Positions 38,117 to 51,800 of a stretch of DNA of 64,000 nucleotides are shown one piece after another. Numbering within the stretch: the first letter of the stretch is position 1; the number at the start of each line of letters is the position of its first letter. The position numbers and the translations under genes are program-made. The notes beneath the pieces were generated by a model that had not been told where the DNA came from, ran no database searches, and worked only from the letters and a program-made list of their open reading frames with translations. The stretch is taken from positions 186,001-250,000 of the forward strand of contig NGBS01000296.1 of NCBI GenBank assembly GCA_002245135.1, given 5' to 3'. This DNA is from Proteromonas lacertae (Eukaryota).

Positions 38117-38679
38117 ATGGATATCCCGCCAACTCTGCAGAACTCTATTTAATAATGAAGTTGTGTCAATAGATGTGTCTAGTGCAGTAAATTATAAATC
38201 AGAACTAGAAAGAATTATTAATTCTTTTGGCGAAGAATCTGCTAATGTAGAGATAATTATTATTATGTTTATAGGCGCAAGGTATATCTAAACCGATGAC
38301 AACCTATCAAAGTTTTGTTGAGTCAAATCCACCACAGAAACTCTTTTTTATACAACAAGAAAAACTAATAATAGGATTTTTGAAAGTTGGACAGAAATCA
38401 TTGTATATATGGGATGAAAAAGGTCAAATGCGTTGTGAATCTCCTTTGTGTTTGTTAGATTTCTATATATCCCAATCATATCAAAGAAGTGGAAATGGCT
38501 ATAAGCTATTTTCATTTATGTTAGAAAATGAACAATCAGAAGCTAGAGAAATAGCATATGACAAACCAACAGATAAAACAATATCGTTTTTACAGAAATA
38601 CTACAATTTAACTGATAAATTTCCAGAATCATATGGTTTTGTTGTATATAAAGCATATTATGAGAAAAATAACAAATAA
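38117..38679 (+). CDS. ATAT1: Alpha-tubulin N-acetyltransferase (MEC-17 family); start codon unresolved
   Basis: FGEESANAQG, GFLKVGQKSLY, LCLLDFYISQSYQRSGNGYKLF, AYDKPT, FLQKYYNL; ATG at 38117 is out of frame by 1 nt. Confidence 0.85.
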
Positions 38680-38775
38680 TTTAATAGATTTTCATTTATA
38701 TAGTTTTTTTTTGTATTATATTATTAATAAATATACATATTGTATATTACGATAAGAAATTTAACGAAATATTGG

Positions 38776-40280
38776 TTAATTAGTAAAATTATAACCTAAT
38801 GTTGAGAGTATATCACCAACTAAATAAAGCGATCCAGTCACATACACCTTTGTATTATCAACATTGAAATTATCCCTCAAATAATTGATAGATTCTGATG
38901 GATTCTTAAAAACTATAATTTCTGGAATTTTCTTCTCATTTTCATTATTTGAAATATGATAAATCATTTTATTCAAAGTAATAAGCCATTGGTGTTGTTC
39001 TGTAAGAACAAATTCCTCAGGATATTTCTTTATTACTATATTTGGATCTATTTCTAATGGATAAAAATCATTAAAAGTTGGTAATACTTCATGAACTAAT
39101 AATGGCTTAGGAAATAAAAATGGAACTAAAAAAACATATTTAAACATATTAAATGGTATTTCTAATAATATATCTTTAATTTTTTTCTCATAATTAATGT
39201 TAAATATTAAAATATTATTATTTATATCACTATTTGTTGTTGTTAGAATTGATTTAAACCATTTCATTGTCACATTTATAGAAGCAGGAGTATGTGCTCC
39301 ATCTAAATGATAAGTAATTTTGTTATTATTCTTATTTGGTTTATAACACTGAGATCTACCTGGAAATAACGTATTATTTAATGATTTAATAGCAGAATCT
39401 TTATTAAACTCAATTTTGTAATGATCAAGTATTAATTTTGATAATTGAATTGATAAAAATGCATTATTATATTGATGTTCACCATATATTTGTAATTTCA
39501 ATTTATTGTCAGTTATATATTCTTTTTTAAAGGATTCTATATCAATTATTGTCACTGGACAATTCACTTTTTTACCTGTTTCTATAAACACTTTTTCAAC
39601 AGATTCAGATTGTTGGGGTAAGCAAAAACAGGGGATATTTCCCTTCATTATTCCAGCCTTTTCACTGGCTATTAATTCTAGTGTATTTCCTAGTAAATTC
39701 ATATGATCATAATCAATTAATGTTATTCCACATACAAGTGGATTTATTACGTTTGTTGCATCAAGCTTTCCACCAATTCCTACTTCCATTATCATTACAT
39801 CCACATTCTCTTTAGAAAATATGCTATTTTTATATAAATCTAATAAAAATTATACTAAAACGCCAACAATGTCATAAAATGAAAATATCCAATTATATTG
39901 AGAGGATCATCATATTTTGAAGGTATAAAAAGCTTAGTCCATACTTCTTTGAATTTATATAGGAATAAGTCATCTGATATAGGTTTTCCATTAATTTGAA
40001 TTCTTTCAGTGGCTGATATTAGATGTGGAGAAGTAAACAATCCGGTTTTCAATTTATGACCTCTTAATATTGATTCAGTAAAAGTACATGTTGATCCTTT
40101 CCCTTTTGTTCCTGCAATATGCACTGATGGTATTTTTGTAATATCTACACCCAAACGATTCAACAATTGATTCATAATACTTTGAACATCTTCTTTTGTT
40201 GTGTGCTCTGATCTTCTAGTTGAATGGACATTCTTTGCAATAAATCTTACAGCTTCATCTACACTATTCACTTCATTCAT
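38776..40280 (-). CDS. FPGS: Folylpolyglutamate synthase
   Basis: HIAGTKGKGST, GLFTSPHL, EVGIGGKLDATN, EKAGI, LDGAHT, VTGSLYLVG. Confidence 0.95.
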
Positions 40281-40321
40281 TTTTCTAAAGGCTTGGCTCG
40301 ATAAACAAAAATTGAAATAGA

Positions 40322-41371
40322 ATGGATAGTATTGAAGAAATTTACAGTGTCATTTCTTTAATATGTCCATTGGGTCAAAAGAAGATTAAAATACCTGTTA
40401 GAGGTGATATATGCAAACATAAACAACCATTTGACAAAGACACCTTTTTGGAGGTATTTTTTTAGTAACAATATGTAGTTTGAAAAATTCTTGAAAGAAT
40501 CTAGAGAAAAATGTAAAATTGAGGGAATTCCTTGTCCTGTCTGTTCTAAACTAATTCATGGGAATAAATTAATAGAAGACTGTGTATATAAGAAATATAT
40601 AGAATCTGTTCCAGATTCATGTGAAGGTATAAATAATTTGTTGATTTCATAGAGATAAAGCTGTATAGTGATGGTAAAATAGAAGAAATAAAGTTTAAAC
40701 CACAAAAAGTATATTATTTTAACTAAAAATACATAGAGGAAATCACCAATTGAATCATCAGCATCTTCAAAAAGAATAAAAGCTGATTTAAACAATAATA
40801 CTACAAGTACAAAATCAACAGACTCATGTGAAGCAGAGAAAGATGATTTAAGTTGGATTAAAAATATAGTTAAGAAAACAAAAAGTGATTCATCTCTTCA
40901 TTCAAAATCCAATTCAAATTCATTACTAAGTCAACTGATAAACAAATCAAGAGATTTAGATAGAGTCAGAATAATGATCTCAATAGAAGAACAATATAAA
41001 AAGAGAATAGAAAAAAGGTTATCAAAAATGTATGAAGAAAAATACCAACTGTATAATAGATGTGTCGAAAAGTATATAAAAAGTGAGAAAATGTATTATA
41101 TTGTATTATTATATGATGAAAATGAAGAGTATTATATATATTATGCATTATGTATTTATATTATGAAAGGATTATGATTCATGATTTAGCTAATGAGAAT
41201 CATTTATATTCACACACAGGAAAAGTTCAGATTAATAATAAATACGTGTTATTGAGTAAAGATGAGATATCTTGTGAGATAATGGATCTGATTGAAGCAG
41301 ATGTTGAGATGAAAGAGTTGATAGATAGTATTTTTATCGTGAAATTTAATGTAACTAGCTTTGGATCGTAA
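40322..41371 (+). CDS. SP-RING (MIZ) zinc-finger protein, possible C-terminal R3H-like region
   Basis: ISLICPLGQKKIKIPVRGDICKHKQPFD..CPVC; later exons join via GT-AG introns; 3' end less certain. Confidence 0.7.
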
Positions 41372-41739
41372 AAGAATCTTTTTTAATGATGATTAACCTT
41401 CTTATGTGTATTTATTTGATATGTTTCTTTAAAATTTTTGATTGAAGATATTGTTTATTTAATTTTACAGAATGATGCATACATTTTTACTAATTTATTT
41501 TATATTGATAAAATAATATGACAAATAGAAGAAGAAAAGATAGAAATTTCAGCAGAATATATCAATACTGAATTGTTTATTATATATCATTATGTAATTT
41601 TACTAATTTTTTGTTTGATAATACATGTATATTTTGGAAGTACGAAGAATAAAAGGAAAATTAAACAGAATAAAATAAAAAATAAAACGACTAAATATTT
41701 TGGAACAGAATAATCTATTTTTGATGAATTCTCTTGTGG

Positions 41740-44700
41740 ATGATATTCTACTCTCGAATATTACAATCTGATACTATAGTATTTTTGTTGTTTTATTTTT
41801 ATAGATAAAAGAAAGAGTAAAAAAGAGTGATTTCGAGATCGAAGTTGTAGTAAAGCATGAAAATGAGATGAAAGAGATAAAAATAATCAATGTTGATGGA
41901 ATAAAAGAAAAGAATGCGTTTAAATTCTATGAGAAAACCTCTTTATTGTTAGAATGCTGTTCTTCCTTCATCTATCCATTTCAAATCTTTCAACTGAATA
42001 ATTACAGTGAATATATGTTAATATGGAGAGAATATTACTTAAGAGACTTGGAAAAGATAATCCAGAATAAATGCTTGTCAAGTGATGCTATTTGTAAAAT
42101 AATATGTGTAGTATGTGATACATTGATGATGTTAAGTGAATGTGTAGTAGTAGTGAGTAATTTGAAGAGTAGTAACATAATATGTGAAGAAGATAACAGA
42201 ATAAAGTTATGTGATTTATGTTTAGATACTTTAAGAAAAGAAGAAGATATGAGAATATACGATATATGCTTTACAAGTCCAGAAGAGCTGTTAGGATTAG
42301 AAATGAATGATGGAAGTGTGATTTGGTCAATTGGTTGTATATTATATGAAATGATTTGTAAGAAATTACCATTTTCTGAAGATGATTCAAAAACAGAAAC
42401 AATCAAGAACATACTAAAAAATGAGTATAATAAAGAATTAATAAGAGATGATGAGATAATAGATATTATAGAAAGAACATTGAAAATGGGAAAAGAAGAT
42501 AGAATGAATTTGAAAGAGTTGAGAAAAGAAGTAATAAAAGTGAGTAGATTTTTGAGAGATATAGAAAATAATTATCAGATATTAAATGAAAGAAAAGAAA
42601 TATTATTCAAAAGTGATGATAATATTGTGATACTTCCAATAACATTTCCATTAGACTACTATTGTAAAAGCAGTAAATGGGAGATTATCCGAGATAAATT
42701 TATAGAATTATATAAATACAAACCTAACAATAGAATATTATCGATATTACTGATGATGAAATTATGGAGAGATGAATCAATAAAAAATAAAATAAAATAT
42801 CAAATCCATCACGAATGTAAAAGAAGAAATTTAGATGAAATGATATTTAATATTCATAATAATGAAAATGATAAAGATATTATAGAATGTGATTTAAAAT
42901 GTATTTGTTTATGTAAAGAAGGAATAAAATACTTCTTTAGAATAATGAGATTAATCAATCCAACAAAATTCAAATTTGGTATAATTCTAAGTGATTTATT
43001 TATATAGATTGGCTTAATATTCCAGTCAAACATCAATCATTATTTGGATCATTATTTTCTCAATTAACAAATCTTGAAGAATTATATTTGTTAGGTTGTT
43101 CATTTTATTAAATCATTTGTTAAATCAATTCCATTCATGAAATTGAAATATGTAAATCTTTCATGTATTTCATGTTCTTAGTTTATTTTGAAACAGGTAA
43201 TCCAATTGGTCTAGTAAGCTTCACATTATTAATTCCATATTTACATTTATTGATTGATAGATATGATTTGGATTTATCAGGAATGAATTTAGATGATGAA
43301 TCAATGATATTATTATCAAAAGAATTATATAAATATCCAAATCTAAAGAAAATAGATGTTCGTACAAATGATAATATTCATTCAAAAGGATTAAAAGCTT
43401 TATTCTCCAAATTTTCTATTTCCAAAATATTATTCCATTTTAATGAAAATAAAGAATTGCTGATAGATAAAAGCATTCCAGAAATAATAGAATACATCAG
43501 ATATTTAGATTTGATTAATTTAGAAATAGATGATGGTTTTTTCAAATCATTCATTACTTTAAGATTAAATGAATTAAGAGAAATTGGAAGACTAGATTTA
43601 AGAAGTATAACTTGATGTTTTTCTATTGTTTAGATAATCGACTAACAAGTAAAAGTATAGAAATACTGATTGACAATCTATCTTCATTAACTAATCTTAA
43701 AAATATACTGTTAAGTGGAAATGAAATAGGAGATAAAGGAATGGAATTATTATCTCCACATTTGGAAATATTAATGTATAATAATGTGATAAATTGTTCC
43801 AGTATAATAATAGTAATATATATTTTATAGACATGGGATTAACTTCAATTGGATTGAGGTATTTAGTTGATGGTTTAAAGAATATTGATGAGAAGATAAA
43901 GCTTTATATATACGATAACAAAATTGATTCACAAGGAATAGAATATCTGATGAATTATATTAAAAAGAATAATAATATTGAAAAGATATACATTCACAGT
44001 ATGTTTATATTTTTATTCTATTAGATAATCCGATTGGTAATAATGGATTTAAGTTGTTATTGAAGAAAATAAATAAGTTTATAGATTATCATAACATATG
44101 TTTGAGTAATATATCAATAGATGATGAAAGTGTAATGTTATTAACAAATAAAATAGATTCACTTGGAGATTGTAGAGTTATAGGACTACAAGGAAATGAA
44201 ATACATATGGATGGACTAAAAGCAATTTGTGAAAAATCATCAGAAAATGAATATCTATTTATAGAAATGAAATGTTCTGAATGGACTAATGAAGAATTGG
44301 AATGTTATTTGAAATACTGTATTAACAAGAAAAGATACTATTATGATTTTTCAAGTATAAATTGTATTTTGTAAATTAAATAGATATGAATCTGAATGAT
44401 TCTCATATTAAATTGATTAAAAACAGTGATTATGCAGAAATTGATTTATCGAATAATAAAATAAGTGGAAAAGGTTTAAAAGAATTAACAGATTGTATTG
44501 CAAATACAGTAGAGTATATATCAATACATCATAACAATATTGGAGATGAAGGAGTAGAGATAATATGTAAAAATATAGATAAATTCATTGATTGTAATGA
44601 TGAAGGAAGATCACTAGTGTTTAACAGTATTTTAATAAATAAAATATAATATAATAGATATAGAGATGAGTGAAAAAGGTTTAACAATGCTAATAGAAAG

Positions 44701-44959
44701 ATTAAAAGATCATAAACCAATAAAAGTTATGAATATATCAGGAAATGTGTTAAATGAAAGTGAATTAAGACTGATGAAAGAGAATGAAGAAATCTTTGAA
44801 GAATTAGATGAATTAACAATAACAATAAAAGAGAATATAAATCAATCAGAATTAAAATCATTTTTAGATATATTTTCATATATAATAAAAATCAAGATAA
44901 ATGGAATTTCAGAAGAAGAAAAGAAAGAATTATCAAAAGAATTCTCTAATATAGAATAG
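41740..44959 (+). pseudogene. Pseudokinase + RNI-like LRR gene, copy A (frameshift near 43100)
   Basis: Kinase fold with degenerate motifs (VSNLKSSNI, DLC, SPE, IWSIGCILYE); LRR exons (LLSGNEIGDKG, NKIDSQG); about 11 nt missing versus copy B gives TAA at 43109-43111. Confidence 0.7.
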
Positions 44960-45028
44960 CTGACTAATAAATTATTATTGTTTTTGTTTATATTGGAGAA
45001 AATTTTATATAAAAAACAAAGAAAAAAT
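43282..45028. repeat. 1747-bp near-identical inverted repeat, arm 1 (partner 57699-59445)
   Basis: Exons, introns and 3' UTR are the reverse complement of 57699-59445, with roughly six substitutions seen by eye. Confidence 0.95.
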
Positions 45029-45047
45029 AAGATTATATTAAAATATC

Positions 45048-45316
45048 TCACTTTTTCACAGACTTTGATTCCTTAAACAACACATGCTGACGAACAATTG
45101 GATCATACTATACAAACATCACTTCTATTAGTTATACTTTTATAAATGATAATTTTTCTGTGACATTTGCTGGATTTCTTCTAGCCATATATGAAAACCT
45201 AACGATATATAACTCAATCAGGAAATACCCTGTACCAGCACAGCTTATAAGTTTAACAATAAATGTTTTTACCTATTAAACATTAAATTAAATCACAAAT
45301 ATACCTTCTTTGCCAT
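45048..45316 (-). CDS. MRPL33: Mitochondrial ribosomal protein bL33m
   Basis: Spliced [52 protein letters not shown]; three introns; absent from the ORF track. Confidence 0.9.
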
Positions 45317-45362
45317 GATTTTCAAAATTGAATTGTCAAACCTACAATCAAGCTTTTAGAAA

Positions 45363-45772
45363 ATGAATTTTATAAAACCATTGATTTCTTCTTCTTCAAA
45401 ACTTGTTTCATCAAATTATTTATATTTTGGAAAAGAAGTGTTCTCTTCTCATCCTATAAGTGCAGTCTTTGAAGTTACAATTGAAAATTCAACAAATTTA
45501 GTATTATTCTACTTTTTTATGTAATATAGGATAGAGAAAATATGCGTGCAAATATGTTAACCACAACTGTAATACAAAGACCATCTGTATTTTTTTTATT
45601 CAAGTAATATGCAATATAGAGATATATAACTCCTACCACATTGAAAAATAAACGTAGAAACAGAAGATCTATAATTGCTGCTAATCGTCTTATCAATAAA
45701 GCTCAACAATTACAAGAAGAAGTTGAATTAAAGAAAATGAAAGGAGATATAGATGATCCATTTGCTTTTTAG
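45363..45772 (+). CDS. Small basic protein, possibly mitoribosomal bS21m-like
   Basis: Two introns; presequence-like N-terminus; RYITPTTLKNKRRNRR resembles the S21 Y.KP..K motif. Confidence 0.45.
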
Positions 45773-45885
45773 TATTTAATTTGTTTATATTTATTAAGAA
45801 ATATCAAAAAATATAAAATTGTTGTGTTTAATTACGAATTATTTATAATTATCTAAAGAATAGGACAATCGAATCATATGAAGTA

Positions 45886-48800
45886 TTAATACTTCTTTGA
45901 TCTTAAACAATATTCAACTATTTCATCAGTTGTTAACACATCATTCGATGCATCAGGTAATTTAATCTCAGGTCTTCTAGGTGGTGAAGAAATAGATCTA
46001 TTTTTATGATTATTATGATAATAACTAGGTAATTCAGTGTCATTTGAAACGATATATTTTGTATTTGGTTGTATTTTCTGTGGAATTTGAGGTGGTAAGA
46101 ATTGATTATTACTCAAACTTCGTTTGTTGGTTAAACTTGATCCACGTATTCTTGGAGTAGTCTATAATCATAATAAATAAATAAATAAGATACAATTGAA
46201 TCATCACTATCTTTTGACTTAACTGTAGACCTTAAAAAGTAATTATTTGGAATAAAACTATCATCATTATCATTGTAATTCTGATTAGGTAAAACCAACA
46301 CATTATTATTATTATTGATAGATTGTATTGGTTGAATAGCATAATTAAGTCCAATTGGATCAACTGTAGATCTTTCACCATATCCAATCAGCCCAGTTGG
46401 TATTTGATTATTTGATTTAATACAATTAATTACTTCTAACCATTTACTCTTTTCTAGAATATTCTTACATCTTAGAATGAAAGTAAATGTGTTATTACTC
46501 TTTGCTGTGTAGAATGGAGTGCCATAAATATCATTTTCTATTAATACATTGATTAATATTGTATTATTATTATTCTTAATTCCATGAGCTGGACATTCCA
46601 AGTTTTGAATGGATATCAGTTTAATATATTCTTGGATTTCTACAAACACATTTCCTTGAGCTGTAATTTGACAACTATTATACACTAATATTTCATAAGG
46701 TGAATCTACTAATACCATATAAAACTTCTATAATAATAATAATAATATAAATATAAATATGTAATTATACTCTCCATGATTTCATATTAATATACATCTC
46801 TACATACCCTTGTATAATATTCGTTCTATTTCTCATTTCAGTGATTGATGGAATTGGTAAAGCAACTGTTCTATTGTTATTATTATTATTGATTTGTGAA
46901 TGAACGGTTTTCATCTGATCAATTGCAGCAAAACCTTTTCGAATTATACTCTTTGATCTTTTTACTTCATTTAAATGTTTATAATATAAGAATATCACCA
47001 TTATTATAAACAACAAGAGTAATAACAACAACATCAATATTAAAACCCAAGCCCATGTTGGAAATCCTTCATCTTTATTAGATTCAGATACCTTAACAAT
47101 ATTCTCATCAACTGTATAGTTACAATCACCTCTACTATTGGATTTATCTTCATATATTTCACAATAATCATTACCATGAATTGGAACAAATATTTCAGTT
47201 GATGGAGTTGATTCATCATTAATATAAATAGATGAATCAAATGATGAAGTATTATAGAATTCAGAGAAAGGATTGTGAATTAGTTTATATATTTCATATC
47301 TAATTTGAGATAATACTAATTCTCTTGGAATCTCACCTAATCTTTGTATATCACATATTAAACTGAAGTTATAATATAATTTTGTTAGTATATAAGAAGG
47401 TATATTACATTCAGTTGAGATATTGTAATACTTGCTATTCAATATATCGTTTAATCTATCAGTTAACTCTTTTTCAAATACATATACATCTTTATTACTC
47501 AATTCACTGTTATTCTATTGATAATATAATAGTATAGTATAATACATATAATAATATATTCATATTTAATCTTAATAAACATGATATTTCAATCCCTTCA
47601 CATATTCCACAACCATCAACATAATTAACACAAAATGATCCATTTCCACCAACTATATAATCATCTGGAATTGTCATTGTGTCTTCTAAATAAATAATAA
47701 GAAATATATATATATATATATATATACTGTTTATTACAGTGGAAGTATTACTCCAAACTGTGAGAGATATTGGTAATGAATCAATATTCTTCCATGTTTT
47801 AGGTTCTATTATAAATGGTAATCTTAATCCATTTCCATTAATAACTGTAAAGTTATCAAATACAATTTGATTATTATCAATTCTACAGTTTATACTACTC
47901 GATATTTGGTTACTACTATATGATGATTTTATATAGATTGATGAGGTTTGAGATGTCAAGCTAAATGGACATTCACTAGTTGTATTAATGAATGATAAAT
48001 CCAAAGTCTCATTGTATCTCCATATATCAACAATAATTTTCGTTCTATTACTAATAAATCCATCAATTAATATAGGCAATGGGTAATGCAATAATAAATA
48101 ATTCTTATTACTATTATAATAATTATTAATTGTAGTATCATCATCACCTGGTGTTGTACTAGGTGATGGAGTTGGTAAAGGATCTATATTGGGATATATT
48201 ACAAGTGTAATTGGTGTAAAAGTTTTTCCACCTGATGTACTACAAGATATATTATAATATCTAACTACTGGATTATCAATAGCATAAGTACCAGATATTT
48301 CACCATTATTACTATTATTATTAAATATTATACCGTGTGGTAAAATATCTGGTACTATACTAATACTATTTGGTTTACCTCCTGAGATAGTAGGTAAATA
48401 TGATTGATATTTATTAATAGTGAATATTAATGGATTTATGTTATATTCAATATAACATAAATGATCATATATTTGATAAGTAATTGTAGTAGTGTTACAA
48501 GTAGTTAAATAACAATATTCAACATCAAAACTTCCATTTTCATCTGTTATAACGTCATCTAACGTAACTATACCTGTTCGCTTATCAACTGTAAAGTTAT
48601 TATTATTAATATTGTTTACTTTTCTATAGTATAGAGTTGTATTAATGACAGGATATGATATTATATTTGAATTCTTTTGTATTACTATTGGATTATAAGA
48701 TATAAGTGGAAAATTATTATTGAGTGTATATTTTGGTGAAAATTTTCCACTATATATATCTTGTAATATTCTATTATTATTATTATTATTATTAACTACA

Positions 48801-51800
48801 TCACTTTTTATACCAAATTCATACCAATTCATATAATTCTCTTCATCAACAATATAATCATAATAACAACTACTTTGATATAAATCTATATCTTTACATA
48901 TTATAATATCATTCTTTATTTCTTCAATTATCTGATTTACATCTCCTTCTGTATAGTTGATTCTTACATATATTGTATAATTCTCATTAATTGGCTTTGT
49001 AAATTGTATTCTAAATCCATTATCTATTGTTATTACTGATGGTAAACTATTTATTGTATCTACCACATCACTGTTACTCAATGTTTGGACAATTTTTGTA
49101 ATACTATTCGTTTCAAATTCAACTCCACTGATAGAATAAGCATATGACAATTGTATTTCATAGAATGTAAATGGCATTAAATAATTAATAACATAATTAG
49201 CAGCAGTAGTCTCAATTTCAGTATATTCTTGATTGGTATTGTATAATTTATATTTAATTATTGAAAAAGAGAGTATGTCTTTACAACTAGTTGTATCCCA
49301 AGTCAATGATATTGATGAAGCACTAGGAATAGCTGTTAATACATCAATAGAGATATTACATTCCAACTTAATATTTGGTTTGTAATTATATATTGTATTT
49401 ACTTCACTTTTACCTATACTGTTGGTTGAATAGATTGTTATATTATATTCACTAGATGTATAGCAACTTAAATCATAACTTAGTATAGTTGGTAATAGAA
49501 CAATTTCATAGTTATTATTACTACCACTATTTTCACATATATATCCTGTTTCTGGTTCAATTATTATCGTATTATTAATTATGCTACTTCCTCTTGAATC
49601 TCCATTATTCCAAGTAAACTCTTTATTATTATTATTATTGATATTTAAATCAATTGGTTTTGTTGGTATAGTTGCAATTATATCACTTATATTATACAAT
49701 GATATTGTTCTTTCAGTTTCATTTTCCATATAACTCTCAAATATATAAAATATACCATACTCTACTGGAGATAGTGTAATATTAACAGGAACTTCAGTAT
49801 AATTCTTATTCAATAATAATGTTTTTCTATTTTCTTGATTATTATTCGTATAATAAAATAATGAATAATTTGTAGGTGACATGGTTGTTGGATCAAATTC
49901 AGGAATATTGAAATCAATTACAATCGTCTCATCTTTATCATAACTAATAGAATTAATAGTTATCATCGGTGGCACTATAATATTAAAATAAATAATTTTA
50001 AATAAATATACTAAACAATATTACTTCTTCAGGTGTTGTTGTTGGTTCTTCAGTAGTGGGTGGTAAAGTAGTCGGTTTAATTACACAGTTCACTTCATTA
50101 CTTGCTAAAGAGAAATCACTACATCCACTACTATTACAAGAAGATATAAAAAAAATAAAACTTCCATTTAATAACTGAGAAGATAAATCATATTCAAATG
50201 TAGCTGTATAATTCTGTGTAATTACAATTATTTCATCAGTTTTAGTGTTTTTACCAAATAATATGAATATATTTGCGTTAATAGGAAAACTTGTTACTAC
50301 GACTTTAACTAAGCCACAATTAGTGTATATATCACCTTCTATATGAATAGATGATGATGGTTTATCTGTTACTCTTTTCTTTTGCTGATATTCAACGGAT
50401 TCTAAGCTCATTTTACTTTCACCTAACTCATTAGTTGATGATAATGCAAATTTATGATTGGTGTTATTTAAACCACTGAAATTGAAATATTTAAATCCAA
50501 TTTCATCTTTATAATCAAAAACATCAATATTATTAATTCTAAATGTATAATTATATTCACATAGATCAGCAATGGTGTTATAATCACAAACATAAAACGT
50601 ATAGTAATCAATTGAAGCTTGATTATCATCAGGTTCTGCAAATATAACTGTACACTTTGTATAATCAACATCATATAAGTGATATATTTCTCTTATTCTA
50701 TCTGGTTTTTGTTTTTCAGTTTTAACTTCTAATATTTTAGTTGGAATATCACTCCAACCACATAACTTTTGACCATATATCAATTCTGCATCTGGACATT
50801 CATTATAAGCCAATACTTTTATTTGATATATTTTACCTTTTTCCAAATCAATATTTAATACATATTTATTATTGGTTGTAATTGAGTATTCTACTTCTAC
50901 AAAATAACCAAAATAAGGAGTGGTTTTATATAATATTTTGATAGTTTTATTAACTACACCGCCATTCCATTCTGGATTTATCTGTAATGTAATTGGGTCA
51001 TTATTTGTGTATTTTACACTGGGAGAAATTACCATATCTGGTCTAAATGGTGCAGTCATTCCACACTTTTTTTCACTTCTATCACTGTGGTCTTTTTCAT
51101 TTACACTTTGCATTCTATAACAATATTTAGAAAATTTGTTGAGAGAATCTACTACATAGGATAAATCTGTTAAATTTGTGATCTGGTACATATGTGCAAT
51201 ATCATCAGTATCGCCATAATAAACAATAATAGTGTATTTGGTAATTTTTAAACCTCCTGTATGAAATGGCTCAGTCCAATTTAATTTATGTTCAAATGGT
51301 CCATAGTATGAATCTAAATCAAACTCTGGAGGATCAGGTTTGCCAGGCTCAGTTTGACATTCAATTCTAATTTCATTGTTACATCCTAAATCATTACATA
51401 CAGAGAAGCTGAAAACAATATTATCACCTGCTACTAAACCAGTAACTTCATGTTCTACCATATCTAAAGATCCATCATATGGAATAGTGACATTTTTCTC
51501 TCCTGATAAAGAATCAGCAGTATATTTAATAAAATAATGTGTAATTGTTGGTTTGTTTAATATATCTACATGTTTTCTGAAACCCAATGAAATTTTAGTA
51601 TTTAAACCACTGTTGATACATTGCAATTGTGATTTGATATATTCATCAGGAACATTGTAGTAAAAAGGTTGCGATGGAAATGACGGATCACTTGTACCAT
51701 AATCATTAGTTGCTTTTATTGTATATTTAACAACATCTCCAAGTTTTAAATCACTTGTATTGTAGTAATAATAAGGTAACTTTATATCTTCAGTTTTATA

